Positions 35,164 through 44,637 of a stretch of DNA of 64,000 nucleotides are shown here, piece by piece. The stretch comes from Escherichia phage Ec_Makalu_003. Numbering within the stretch: position 1 is the stretch's first letter; each line of letters begins with the position of its first letter. Position numbers and translations under genes: made by a program. The DNA lies in sequence record MN882349.1, one strand, 5' to 3'. Under the pieces are notes generated by a model that saw only the letters and a list, made by a program, of their open reading frames with translations, was not told where the DNA came from and searched no databases.

Positions 35164-35192
35164 ATATTACTACCCCCGTTATTCAGTGTCAA
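35164..35192 (-). promoter_or_regulatory. early promoter cassette (TTGACA-17-TAATAT)
   Basis: Minus-strand elements. Confidence 0.6.
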
Positions 35193-35411
35193 CTACTTTT
35201 TAATGACAAGTTCGAATTTTGCTACCTTGCGTCCTCGTTTATTGAAAGCAACCCACGGACGGTTTTCAATGTAGAACAATTCTTCACCAATAATGAATAT
35301 TGGCTGATTGTAAAGGCGACCCATCAGGTCACGTTGGCGAATAGTAGTAGATTCGTATACTTCGCCTACTACAAAGTGTTTGCTGATAGAGTCGGTGCAA
35401 GTAAATTTCAT
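35193..35411 (-). CDS. hypothetical protein (72 aa)
   Basis: ORF with AGGAGAATCAA RBS. Confidence 0.55.
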   Translation of the reverse strand: MKFTCTDSISKHFVVGEVYESTTIRQRDLMGRLYNQPIFIIGEELFYIENRPWVAFNKRGRKVAKFELVIKK

Positions 35412-35444
35412 TTTGATTCTCCTTTGTTTCGTTTCGATGGGAGT

Positions 35445-35473
35445 ATCTTACAACTCCCAATATTCAGTGTCAA
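35445..35473 (-). promoter_or_regulatory. early promoter cassette (TTGACA-17-TAAGAT)
   Basis: Minus-strand elements. Confidence 0.6.
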
Positions 35474-35480
35474 CTGCTTT

Positions 35481-35699
35481 TTACTTGTTGTATTCATTCC
35501 ACCAACGAGTAAGTTTATCGATTATTTTTGTGTTTCTATCCAATTTCTCCCACCGTTTACGCGGGTTTATAAGCCGGAATAGGTAGGGTGTACTTGTTAA
35601 GTGAACTCGGTCAAAATAATGGTTGATAAGCTGGCATTCAATTCTCAATTTCATCTTTTTACGATGAAAATATGCAATCACTTGTTCTTCTGTTTCCAT
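35481..35699 (-). CDS. hypothetical protein (72 aa)
   Basis: ORF with GGAGGAAC RBS. Confidence 0.55.
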   Translation of the reverse strand: METEEQVIAYFHRKKMKLRIECQLINHYFDRVHLTSTPYLFRLINPRKRWEKLDRNTKIIDKLTRWWNEYNK

Positions 35700-35723
35700 A
35701 TGTTCCTCCGTTTCGATGCGTGC

Positions 35724-35752
35724 ATTATGCTATACCCCGGTCCGATTGTCAA
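35724..35752 (-). promoter_or_regulatory. early promoter cassette (TTGACA-17-CATAAT)
   Basis: Minus-strand elements. Confidence 0.6.
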
Positions 35753-35799
35753 CACCCAATAACAAAAAAGTCGCCACTATGGGCGACTTAGGTTAAACA

Positions 35800-36276
35800 T
35801 TAATCATGACCGTGGTTGGCAAGATCCGCTCGTGTCTTATCTTTGTGATTTCCTACGTCAAAGACACGATAGCCGTTTTCTCGGAGAACTTTAATCACTT
35901 CTGGGTTATCCTCAAAGACTCCCACCACTTCATCTTTATCAAATGATTTAATTACCTCTAATTTGATGTGATAGTCTTTACGGGAATCGGTACGGCCTCT
36001 CATAAAGATTTTATCAAAACACACCCCGTTAGAAATTAACCAATCAATTGTTTCCATGTAAGCATGTGAACTTCGTCCGGTGAGGATGTAAATCAAATGC
36101 CCGTTGTCGGAAAGAGCATTAATAACACGAATTACATCGTAAATGGGGGAATCTCCCCCACATGCCTTGTTATATTCGATCCATGACTCGACTTTATCAA
36201 GATTTTCGGTTGGCATCTTTGCTAGTCGATGCGTTGGATCTGTGATCGTAAAATCTAAATCGACAAAATATATCAT
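35800..36276 (-). CDS. HAD-superfamily phosphatase (putative nucleotidase)
   Basis: N-terminal FVDLDFTI (DxDxT) motif; 158 aa directly downstream of nrdB. Confidence 0.6.
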   Translation of the reverse strand: MIYFVDLDFTITDPTHRLAKMPTENLDKVESWIEYNKACGGDSPIYDVIRVINALSDNGHLIYILTGRSSHAYMETIDWLISNGVCFDKIFMRGRTDSRKDYHIKLEVIKSFDKDEVVGVFEDNPEVIKVLRENGYRVFDVGNHKDKTRADLANHGHD

Positions 36277-37433
36277 AGATATTTCCCGAATCGGTTGTAG
36301 TCATCGTCTGTTAAATCGGTATTAACCTGAGATACCAGATACATAATCTCTACTTCCTGCGCTGCATTCTGTACTTCGTCAGAGTTCAACCATTTACGCA
36401 TCCACGGTAAAGGATGACGACGAACACTAAACGGGCTTTTCAGTCCGGCAGCACGCATACGGGAATCTGCCAGGTATTCTACATAGGTTTTCAGAATTTC
36501 CGGTGACAGGTTAGGAATTGCCCCCATTGCGAATAAGTGATCTACCCATTCTTTTTCTTGCTCGACAACATCCAGAAAGATTTTCGTTGCTTCGTCTTCA
36601 AGTTCTTCCGCAATCTGTTTCCACTCATCACCATCAGCCCCCGTTTGCCATTGACGAATAATGTATTGTGTGCCTTTTAGGTGAAGTTGTTCGTCACGCG
36701 CAATAAATTTCATGATCTTCGCGTTACCTTCCAGTAAACCACGTTCGGCAAAGCTGAAAGTACATGCAAAGGACACATAAAAACGGATTGCTTCCAAAGC
36801 ATTAACGCAGTGTGCACACAGATAAATCGACGCCATCAGATCTCGTTTTGTATCTTCAAAAAATCTTCTTGCATCATCTAATGCTGTCTGGTCGTCTCGT
36901 TCTTCCCAATAGCGGAGATCTTCTTTTGCATTCTCATACTTACGAATCCAATAAAGAACATCGTCATAGTATTGTCCGATAGATTCCGCTCGCTTCATGA
37001 TCGCAGGGTTATCGATGATCTGGTCAAACTCACTAGCCGGATCAATGAAACAGTTACGCATAATGTGAGTATAACTGCGGCTATGAATTGTCTCGCTGAA
37101 TGTCCAGGTTTGTAACCATGTATCGAGAGTTGGATCAGATACAATTGGACCAAATGCTGCGGACGGTGCGCGACCTTGAATAGAATCAAGTAATGTCTGA
37201 TACTTCAAGTTTTCTGTAAAGAAACGTTTTTCAACATCGCCCATATTCAGATATTGAATGCGGTCGGTTGCAAGTGAAATCTCTTCTGGACGCCAGAAAA
37301 ATGACAGAGATTTTTCAATTAATTCTTCAAATACTTGATGACGCTGAATGTCATAGCGAGCAATCCCTAAATCACTACCCAGAAACATTGGTTCGTTCAT
37401 AATATCAACATGTTCGCGGTTAAATACGCTCAT
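36273..37433 (-). CDS. nrdB: ribonucleotide reductase small subunit
   Basis: 386 aa, class Ia beta-subunit fold signatures (FFWRPEE, tyrosyl radical region, C-terminal tail); uninterrupted. Confidence 0.92.
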   Translation of the reverse strand: MSVFNREHVDIMNEPMFLGSDLGIARYDIQRHQVFEELIEKSLSFFWRPEEISLATDRIQYLNMGDVEKRFFTENLKYQTLLDSIQGRAPSAAFGPIVSDPTLDTWLQTWTFSETIHSRSYTHIMRNCFIDPASEFDQIIDNPAIMKRAESIGQYYDDVLYWIRKYENAKEDLRYWEERDDQTALDDARRFFEDTKRDLMASIYLCAHCVNALEAIRFYVSFACTFSFAERGLLEGNAKIMKFIARDEQLHLKGTQYIIRQWQTGADGDEWKQIAEELEDEATKIFLDVVEQEKEWVDHLFAMGAIPNLSPEILKTYVEYLADSRMRAAGLKSPFSVRRHPLPWMRKWLNSDEVQNAAQEVEIMYLVSQVNTDLTDDDYNRFGKYL

Positions 37434-37447
37434 TAATTCACCTCACT

Positions 37448-37616
37448 ATCACTTTTTAATACAAAAGAACTTAGTATTTCTGTTTATGTCTCTATCCTGT
37501 TGCAATTCCTGCATGGCTTCAAAACAACTTTGATGTGATGAAAACTCTACGCTGGTAACAGTTCCTTTATTATATACCCCGACACTAACGGAAAGCAATA
37601 ACCATAATGTAGCCAT
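37448..37616 (-). pseudogene. frameshifted paralog of the 37616-37789 gene
   Basis: Starts MATLWLLLSVSVG.. like its neighbour, hits a stop after 41 codons; the -1 frame continues with RDINRNTKFFCIKK matching the neighbour's C-terminus. Confidence 0.45.
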
Positions 37617-37789
37617 TAGTTCACCTTCTGCTTTTCAATGCAATACAGATTCATAAAGCGTTTATTGTCTTCGCGGATAATCTCGCGAGCTTTAACGCAA
37701 TCCTGCTTTGTTGCAAATTCAATGCTTGACATATTTCCGTAATTATACATTGAATTGCTTATTGCAATCAATAACCATACAGTAGCCAT
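37616..37789 (-). CDS. small membrane-anchored protein (57 aa)
   Basis: MATVWLLIAISNS hydrophobic N-terminus; TAATG stop-start overlaps on both sides. Confidence 0.5.
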   Translation of the reverse strand: MATVWLLIAISNSMYNYGNMSSIEFATKQDCVKAREIIREDNKRFMNLYCIEKQKVN

Positions 37790-37956
37790 TATCCGACAAC
37801 CTCAAAACATTTATCATCAGGAAGAATAGCCCATTCTACGCCGTATTCATCCTTAACGTAGTAGCAAGTCCCATCATGTCGAGCATCATATTCATCACCG
37901 ACAACAAAGCTATCAGCTAGCTCAAAATCTACAGCAACACATTTTAATTTTGCCAT
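37789..37956 (-). CDS. small hypothetical protein (55 aa)
   Basis: Start MAKLKCVAVDF with GAGGA RBS behind promoter cassette; the track ORF start lies in the leader. Confidence 0.5.
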   Translation of the reverse strand: MAKLKCVAVDFELADSFVVGDEYDARHDGTCYYVKDEYGVEWAILPDDKCFEVVG

Positions 37957-37987
37957 AATAAAATCCTCATTTGTTTTTGATGGTTGC

Positions 37988-38016
37988 AGTATAGCGGGGA
38001 TTTCTCCCCGCGTCAA
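37988..38016 (-). promoter_or_regulatory. early promoter cassette (TTGACG, palindromic spacer CGGGGAGAAATCCCCGC, TATACT)
   Basis: Minus-strand elements just downstream of the nrdA stop. Confidence 0.6.
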
Positions 38017-38024
38017 CACTTATT

Positions 38025-40268
38025 TTACAGTTTGCAAGATGAACATTCGCTAGCGTCTTCCGTACCATCAGCACCATCACGCACGTTAGCGTAATACAGT
38101 GTCTTGAGGCCGTAATATTGAGCAAACAGCATATCATCTAACACATCAGCAATATCGACTTTACCAGTCTTATAAGTGCTTGGATCATAGGATGTATTGG
38201 AACTGATCGCCTGATCTACAAACTTCTGCATGATCGCTGCCAGTGTCAGATAAGGTTTGTTACCCTTCTTGATCAGTGTCCAAAGCAGGTCAATAACATC
38301 AGCATTATTCTCTACGTTCGGAATAACCTGATTAAATTGCCCTTCTTTCGATCCTTTAACCGATACAATCCCGCGAGGCGGTTCTATTCCATTGGTGCTA
38401 TTAGATACCTGAGAAGACGACTCACAAGGCATCAGCGCCGATAGTGTACTGTTACGAATGCCATATTTTTTCAGGTCTTCGCGCAGTTCTTCCCAATCCA
38501 TTTCATACACCGGGTCAACCAGTTCATCTACTGTCTTTTTGTACCAGTCAATAGGAAGTTCACCGCGACCATAACGTGTTTCGTGCATCAGTTCGCAAGC
38601 GCCCTTCTCTTTTGCTAGCTGCACACTAGCTTTAATCAGAGCATATTGCAAGCGTTCAAACGTTTTATGCGTAAACTCGTTAGCGTCTTCATATGTGAAG
38701 AAATTATCCGCCAGATATGATGCAAAGTTAGTCACACCAACACCCAGAGAGCGACGTTTTTTGGCTGTCAGTGCTTGTTCTACAGGATAATCCTGGTAAT
38801 CTAACAAGTTGTCAAGCGCACGCACCATAACCATAGCGATCCGCTCTACTTCTTCCATATTTTCGATATCGAAATTACCTAAAACATATGCTGCCAAAGT
38901 ACACAGAGCAATTTCGGAGTCATCATGCCCCATTGGTTTAGTAGGCAGTGCAATTTCACAACACAGGTTAGATTGTTTAATCGGTGCTACATTACGAATA
39001 AACGCCCCGTGATTGTTCATGTTGTCTGTGAACGCTGGATAGATTCGACCAGTGTTAAAACGTTCAATTGCCACCGCTAAAAACAGGTCTTCGGCTTTAA
39101 CACGAGTTTTACGAACACTCGGATCTTTTTCCAGTTTTTCATAAAGCTGGCGGAATCCTTCCTCATCTCGGAAGTACAGATCCCACAACAAGCCACCCGC
39201 AACATCTGGACTAAACAGAGTAATGTAATCACGTTTAAGGAATCGCTCTACCATCAGGTTATTAATCTGTACGCCGTAATCAAGATGACGAATGCGGTTA
39301 TCTTCTACCCCTTTGTTGTTCTTCAACACAATAAGACTTTCAAACTCTAAATGCCACATTGGGTAATAGAGAGTCGCCGCCCCGCCACGAATACCGCCTT
39401 GTGAGCATGACTTAACGGCAGTCTGAAAATGCTTCCAGAATGGGATAACGCCAGTATGACGAACTTCACCATGCCCGATCTTAGATCCTTCCGCGCGAAT
39501 CATACCAGCATTGATACCGATACCAGCACGCTTACTAATATACTTGATGATTGCATTTGCTGTTTCGTTGATGCCCTGCAATGAGTCATCACTTTCAATC
39601 ACCACACACGAACTAAATTGTCGTGTTGGAGTACGCACACCAGCCATAATCGGAGTAGGCAGAGAAATTTGCTTATTCGCAACAGCATTATAAAAATCAA
39701 TCACATGTTCGAGTCGATTTTCTGTCTCTTCTTGATGTAAACACATACCGATCAGCATATACGCAAATTGCGGTGTTTCAATGATTTTCTTAGTGCTGCG
39801 ATCCTGAACAAGATATTTCTCTTTTAACTGCATCGCACCAGCATAGGTCATTTTAAAGTCAAGTTTATGGTCGATGAATTTCTCCAGATATTCCACTTCT
39901 TCACGGGAATACTTTTGCAGAATTTCGCGATCATATTTTCCGGTTGCAATATTACGCTCAATATGGCTGTAAAAATCAATAGGTTGGAATTGACCGTATA
40001 CTGATTTACGAAGCGCGAACATTGCAAGGTTACTTGCTACATATTGATAATCAGGCGTTTCTACCGTGATGTTATCTGCGGCGACCTTAATCAATACTTT
40101 CTGGATATCGTTGGTAGACATACCTTCTGTCAGAAGTGGTTCAACCATATCAAACAATTCATATGGATCAACGTTATGACCTTCGGCTGCCGCTTCCAGA
40201 ATTTTCATTACTTTTTCTTTTTCAAACGGAACAGTCAGACCGGAAGACTTAACAACATTTTTAATCAT
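38025..40268 (-). CDS. nrdA: ribonucleotide reductase large subunit
   Basis: 747 aa, ATP-cone N-terminus and class Ia catalytic signatures (NLCCEI, C-terminal CxxC tail). Confidence 0.95.
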   Translation of the reverse strand: MIKNVVKSSGLTVPFEKEKVMKILEAAAEGHNVDPYELFDMVEPLLTEGMSTNDIQKVLIKVAADNITVETPDYQYVASNLAMFALRKSVYGQFQPIDFYSHIERNIATGKYDREILQKYSREEVEYLEKFIDHKLDFKMTYAGAMQLKEKYLVQDRSTKKIIETPQFAYMLIGMCLHQEETENRLEHVIDFYNAVANKQISLPTPIMAGVRTPTRQFSSCVVIESDDSLQGINETANAIIKYISKRAGIGINAGMIRAEGSKIGHGEVRHTGVIPFWKHFQTAVKSCSQGGIRGGAATLYYPMWHLEFESLIVLKNNKGVEDNRIRHLDYGVQINNLMVERFLKRDYITLFSPDVAGGLLWDLYFRDEEGFRQLYEKLEKDPSVRKTRVKAEDLFLAVAIERFNTGRIYPAFTDNMNNHGAFIRNVAPIKQSNLCCEIALPTKPMGHDDSEIALCTLAAYVLGNFDIENMEEVERIAMVMVRALDNLLDYQDYPVEQALTAKKRRSLGVGVTNFASYLADNFFTYEDANEFTHKTFERLQYALIKASVQLAKEKGACELMHETRYGRGELPIDWYKKTVDELVDPVYEMDWEELREDLKKYGIRNSTLSALMPCESSSQVSNSTNGIEPPRGIVSVKGSKEGQFNQVIPNVENNADVIDLLWTLIKKGNKPYLTLAAIMQKFVDQAISSNTSYDPSTYKTGKVDIADVLDDMLFAQYYGLKTLYYANVRDGADGTEDASECSSCKL

Positions 40269-40279
40269 ATTACCTCACT

Positions 40280-40582
40280 TCATATATCAAGCGTATTTTC
40301 TGGAGTATCGCCGAAAACTCTATTAACGAGATCCGCCAATACTTCACCGTGGCATTTCTTAGGGTAGCAAGTACAACCTAAGCGCATATGTCTTAATACT
40401 TCTAAATGCGCCCGTGTTATCTCACCATTTCGAATCTTATTATACAACCACTCTTTGTATAATGCAATAGCTTTCTCTCGTCCGTATTCTTTGGCGGTGT
40501 ATGGATTTCCCCACATAGTACCACGCTGAATATTAACATCAAAATCGCTATTGTATTTGTTTACAACGCGGCATATTTTCAT
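40280..40582 (-). CDS. DUF4326-like small protein
   Basis: 100 aa, MWGNPYT and CTCYPKKCHGEVL motifs. Confidence 0.5.
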   Translation of the reverse strand: MKICRVVNKYNSDFDVNIQRGTMWGNPYTAKEYGREKAIALYKEWLYNKIRNGEITRAHLEVLRHMRLGCTCYPKKCHGEVLADLVNRVFGDTPENTLDI

Positions 40583-40618
40583 TTGATACTCCTTGCGGGG
40601 ATTCCTCCCCGCAATTGT

Positions 40619-41851
40619 TTATACTGCCATTTGAGCGGTGATCGCTGGATGGCTTTGATAGTTGTGAATTTTAAAGTCTTTCGGAGTTTTTGTCAATACC
40701 TCATCTAAAGATTTAAATTCCGGCAACTCAATTGTTGGTTTATCAAACGGAACACGGCTTAACTGTTCCATCACTTGGTCAAAGTGATTTTTGTAAATGT
40801 GAGTATCTCCGCCGGAGAAAATCAGTTCTCCTACTTCGAGATCACACATTTTCGCTATGATGTGAGTTAACAGCGCATAGCTGGCGACGTTAAAGGGCAA
40901 ACCCAAAAAGCTGTCTACGCTTCGCTGAAACCACATACAAGACAGTTTACCCTCATTGACATAGAATTGCACGAACGGATGACATACACCTAATACAGCA
41001 TTATGTGTTCCTTGTACGTTCCATGAGTCAATGATGATACGTCGATCCGTTGGATTGTTTTTAATTTGTTCAATCACGTTTTGTAACTGGTCTTCCCAAA
41101 TCTTCGGGCGATAGACATATTCTTCATCGTCTTTAGTGCTCGATGTGTCTATGTCCATACTAGCAAAGATCGTGGTATCCGGTGCTAAAATGTCACCGCC
41201 TAGATAATCACTATCAAGCAGATAACCGAAATAACCATCATCTACCCATTCCTGGAATCCCCACAAGCAATATGCATCATTAACAAAATTAGATTGAGTC
41301 TTCCAGTGGTCCGCTACTAAGAATTGATTATATTCAGAATCAAACTCTTCATAACGCATACCACGCCAGATAGCACATAAACGCTCTTCTGTGTCATTGT
41401 TTGGCGTAAAGTCTTCTACCCACGGGTGTTTAAATGTATGTGTATATTTGCTCTTAACGCGCTTAATTTTGATTTCACCGTGTGGATGAATCGGTTTGCG
41501 TCGCCACGCCATACCATACATATTGCCGACATTATAACCATTGAATCGCAAGGGATTCTTTTCTTTCATATCAAGACAGTTGCCGCGCCAAATATCAAAT
41601 GCTTCCTCGTCAAACTTTCCGCGTGTAATTTCCTGTAAGCGACGGCGGTCAAGTGATCCCTCCATAAACCATAGCAATTCGCCAATTACAGAGGCTGTAG
41701 CCATCTTTTTAGTGGTCAGTAATGGGAAACCCTTGCTTAAATCAATTCGCATCTCTGTGCCGAATTTAGAGAGCGTACCTACCCCCGTGCGGTCTTCACG
41801 AGGCCAGCCATTATCAAGAACATCACGCAATAGTTTCAAATATTCTTTCAT
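40619..41851 (-). CDS. td: thymidylate synthase with a large in-frame insertion
   Basis: DRTGVGT, catalytic CHPF, SFLGLPFNVASYALLTHIIAKMCDLEVGE, C-terminal PKDFKIHNYQSHPAITAQMAV match T4 Td; about 128 extra residues between YGMAWRR and WEDQLQNV. Confidence 0.85.
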   Translation of the reverse strand: MKEYLKLLRDVLDNGWPREDRTGVGTLSKFGTEMRIDLSKGFPLLTTKKMATASVIGELLWFMEGSLDRRRLQEITRGKFDEEAFDIWRGNCLDMKEKNPLRFNGYNVGNMYGMAWRRKPIHPHGEIKIKRVKSKYTHTFKHPWVEDFTPNNDTEERLCAIWRGMRYEEFDSEYNQFLVADHWKTQSNFVNDAYCLWGFQEWVDDGYFGYLLDSDYLGGDILAPDTTIFASMDIDTSSTKDDEEYVYRPKIWEDQLQNVIEQIKNNPTDRRIIIDSWNVQGTHNAVLGVCHPFVQFYVNEGKLSCMWFQRSVDSFLGLPFNVASYALLTHIIAKMCDLEVGELIFSGGDTHIYKNHFDQVMEQLSRVPFDKPTIELPEFKSLDEVLTKTPKDFKIHNYQSHPAITAQMAV

Positions 41852-42092
41852 CCCACATCACCTTTTTCTTATTGATTGCTTTCTTACGCAGTTTTGCTAC
41901 TGTCTCGTCAATATCGATAAAGACAACGCCACGGTCGAATATAGTAGCAGGTCTTGAGATATCGCTATTTTCTTGCACAGGAAGCCATGATGCGCTCGCT
42001 TCATCATAGAGATATTGTAAACCGTAATAATCTACGGCTACTGCGTAGTTTTCACTGGTAGCCGTCCATAATTGAATAATACCGATTTTCAT
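41823..42092 (-). CDS. hypothetical protein
   Basis: ORF between frd and td; start ambiguous (ATG 42092 or GTG 42119). Confidence 0.45.
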   Translation of the reverse strand: MKIGIIQLWTATSENYAVAVDYYGLQYLYDEASASWLPVQENSDISRPATIFDRGVVFIDIDETVAKLRKKAINKKKVMWDERIFETIA

Positions 42093-42185
42093 TATTGTTC
42101 CCGTCCGCAATGTAAGCACCGACTACCAGCAAACATCAAAGATTCACCACAATGTTTGCACTCATAATCTGTAAGAATTTTCATG

Positions 42186-42755
42186 TTACGCCTTCTTACG
42201 TTCTAAAATTTGTTCGCTGATCAGGTAATTATCAAGGAAGTAATTATGTTCTTCTTTGGTTACAAAGTCAAAATACAATTCCTGAATCATTTCCTTAGAG
42301 ATACCAACATCATATTCAAATGGATCGTTGACCCCTGATCGTTGAACATACGTTAACACAATACGGTCCGCAAAGTCAACCGCTTTTTCAATCAGGGAAG
42401 GTCCGCCGATAACACTTACCAAACCTTGCGTTTTCTCCAGGACTTTTAACAGATCCTTTAATTCAATTCCAGTATACACATTAGGCTGGTCGCCGTTTTT
42501 GGCTTTCGGTGTCGGCTTGCTGGCATCGGTACTAATAACCACATTAAGACGACCTTCCAGTGCTTTAGGGAGACTTTCAAAGGTATTACGTCCCATTACA
42601 ACCGCCGCAAGATCAACATCTCCCATAGTGCGCATTTTAAAGTTTTCCATGTCCTTTTTGATTGGACGACCCCACGGTAAACCGCCTTTAAAACCAAAAG
42701 CCCAATTTTCATCTGACATTTTAGTGTCACCAATCGCAAATACACATTGAATCAT
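42186..42755 (-). CDS. frd: dihydrofolate reductase
   Basis: 189 aa, GLPWG motif and overall DHFR pattern, T4 synteny. Confidence 0.9.
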   Translation of the reverse strand: MIQCVFAIGDTKMSDENWAFGFKGGLPWGRPIKKDMENFKMRTMGDVDLAAVVMGRNTFESLPKALEGRLNVVISTDASKPTPKAKNGDQPNVYTGIELKDLLKVLEKTQGLVSVIGGPSLIEKAVDFADRIVLTYVQRSGVNDPFEYDVGISKEMIQELYFDFVTKEEHNYFLDNYLISEQILERKKA

Positions 42756-42770
42756 AATATAAATCTCCCA

Positions 42771-43100
42771 TCAAATCAGTTTGAAATAGTTTTCGTTTAC
42801 ATTTTCTTCTGTGATTGCTGTCTTAAATTCAGCTTCATCATCAGGCGAAACATAATAGCGTTCGGAATAATCACGCCACATTTTCAGTAAGCTAACACCA
42901 ACATTAACACCGTTTTCCCAGAAACGGAATACAATTTTATGTGCGGTGTAACGGTAATCACTTTGAATCAAGCTACCATCCCCGCGACGGGCTTCATAAA
43001 CCGTAATACATTCACGATTAGCGGCTTTAAGGCATTCTTCAATAGTTCCGCATGAGACAATTTCGGTTGATTCGTCTACGATTTTTTCTACTGTCCACAT
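42771..43100 (-). CDS. hypothetical protein (109 aa)
   Basis: ORF with GAGGAT RBS behind promoter cassette. Confidence 0.6.
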   Translation of the reverse strand: MWTVEKIVDESTEIVSCGTIEECLKAANRECITVYEARRGDGSLIQSDYRYTAHKIVFRFWENGVNVGVSLLKMWRDYSERYYVSPDDEAEFKTAITEENVNENYFKLI

Positions 43101-43131
43101 AATATAATCCTCTCTTTGTTTCGATGTTTGT

Positions 43132-43159
43132 ATTATACATCATCTGTATTCGGTGTCAA
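43132..43159 (-). promoter_or_regulatory. early promoter cassette (TTGACA-16-TATAAT)
   Basis: Minus-strand elements. Confidence 0.6.
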
Positions 43160-43485
43160 CCTTTTTGTTCCATGAAAAGCGGTGCTGTTTCTTCTTTCAG
43201 TTTAATAACTAGCGCGGAAACTTCATCAAGAAAATCTTTTTCCATATGAGCAAGCATTGATTTAGAATCTTTGATGACTTTCAAAGAATATTCACTTAGA
43301 TTTCCTTTTCCTAACAATAATGCAGGATACACACTATGTGGGATCTCGATTTCATGATATTCGCTCATAGTATAATATTTGTGAATTTTTAAATCTATAT
43401 TTCTTCGTTGTACGTCCACATCAGCAATGACATACAGAAGTTCGATTTTATCACTTTTCTGGGAAAGGGTAGCATTCAAAAACAT
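43156..43485 (-). CDS. hypothetical protein (109 aa)
   Basis: Start MFLNATLSQ with GGAGGA RBS; track ORF start at 43524 would overlap the promoter. Confidence 0.55.
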   Translation of the reverse strand: MFLNATLSQKSDKIELLYVIADVDVQRRNIDLKIHKYYTMSEYHEIEIPHSVYPALLLGKGNLSEYSLKVIKDSKSMLAHMEKDFLDEVSALVIKLKEETAPLFMEQKG

Positions 43486-43515
43486 TGTTAATCCTCCGTT
43501 GTTTCGATGTGTGGT

Positions 43516-43543
43516 ATTATACATTACCGCGCCAGAATGTCAA
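43516..43543 (-). promoter_or_regulatory. early promoter cassette (TTGACA-16-TATAAT)
   Basis: Minus-strand elements. Confidence 0.6.
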
Positions 43544-43569
43544 TATATTTTTCATAAAAATTTAGGCAA

Positions 43570-43596
43570 TAAAAAGCCTCCCCGAAGGAAGGCTTT
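43570..43596 (-). terminator. rho-independent terminator (UUCG loop) downstream of gene 32
   Basis: AGCCUUCC-UUCG-GGGAGGCU hairpin then U-run on minus strand. Confidence 0.65.
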
Positions 43597-43604
43597 AAAA
43601 TTCA

Positions 43605-44573
43605 TTACATCCCTAACAGAGCGTCAAGATCATCCAGATCAGAAGCGGAGGAAGTACCGCCACCCAGGTCCAGAGATGCCATCAGGTCATCAGCGGAAGA
43701 ATCTAACGCCGTGCTAGCTGCGTTAATACCAACTACAGTGCTAGCTGCGGTAGTACCAGCGTCGAATGCATTCATCTGTGCGTCAAAATCATCAAGCTGG
43801 CTGTTAATCGCTGCCGCAGCACTGGAAGCCGCAGCACCAGCTACCATAGAAACGCCCATAGTTTTCTTAAATTTGGTTTCCAGTTCATCGAACGGTTTAA
43901 ACTGGCTAGGCGCTACAATCTCACTCAGATCAACCATGTTTTCCATCAGATATTTCTGATATGCTTCGTCTTCAATTTTCGGAAGCTGTGATTGCTGCAT
44001 GAAACGAGAATCATCATAGTTCTGGTGTTTATCAACCTTCTTAGCTTTCAGGAGGAAGTTAGCACCGGAGAACACACAAGTTACATCTACCGGAACTTCG
44101 CCCATGTCGGTATTCACGTTAACCATCGCAACGATCTTATCATAAATTTTCTGACCGAAGCGGAATTTAAATACCTTACCTTCGTTTTCTGGTGCTTGAG
44201 GATCTTTCAGTACCAGAATGTTTGCGTAGTAAGACGCTTTACGCTTAATCAGTTGCCATTCGGTTTTATCGGTATTGTACAAATCTTTTTCGTTAATATA
44301 TTTGCACACAGGGCAAGAATCAAAATCACCGTGGGTGCTGGAGCAGTTTTCCCAATACCATTTTCCATTAACTTTGAAGGAATGGTTTACCAGTTTCACA
44401 ATCGGCAGACCGTCTTCTGTCTTAGACGGCAGGAAGCGAATCAGGGCTTCACCGTTACCTGCTGCATCAGTCTTAATCTTCCACTCTTTCGGGTCTTCTT
44501 TGGAGAAACCGTTGCCACCTTTCAGTGCGGCCAGTTGAGCTTGCAGTTTGGAAGAATCTTGGCGTTTAAACAT
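43605..44573 (-). CDS. 32: single-stranded DNA-binding protein gp32
   Basis: MFKRQ N-terminus, LIRFLPSK, zinc-binding region, acidic C-terminal tail as in T4 gp32. Confidence 0.92.
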   Translation of the reverse strand: MFKRQDSSKLQAQLAALKGGNGFSKEDPKEWKIKTDAAGNGEALIRFLPSKTEDGLPIVKLVNHSFKVNGKWYWENCSSTHGDFDSCPVCKYINEKDLYNTDKTEWQLIKRKASYYANILVLKDPQAPENEGKVFKFRFGQKIYDKIVAMVNVNTDMGEVPVDVTCVFSGANFLLKAKKVDKHQNYDDSRFMQQSQLPKIEDEAYQKYLMENMVDLSEIVAPSQFKPFDELETKFKKTMGVSMVAGAAASSAAAAINSQLDDFDAQMNAFDAGTTAASTVVGINAASTALDSSADDLMASLDLGGGTSSASDLDDLDALLGM

Positions 44574-44609
44574 ATTCACTATTCCTTCTTTTGATTAATT
44601 TACGAGACT

Positions 44610-44637
44610 ATTATACAGATTTAAATTTACTTGTCAA
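44610..44637 (-). promoter_or_regulatory. sigma70-like promoter upstream of gene 32 (TTGACA-16-TATAAT)
   Basis: Minus-strand -35 overlaps the gene 59 stop codon. Confidence 0.55.

Noticed and set aside
40619-41851. Group I intron in td, as in T4
   Set aside because: The reading frame is open across the whole extra segment and translates to a plausible polypeptide; no intron-like break or stop codons.
43992-44594. Plus-strand 200-aa ORF inside gene 32
   Set aside because: Antisense shadow of the highly conserved gp32 gene.
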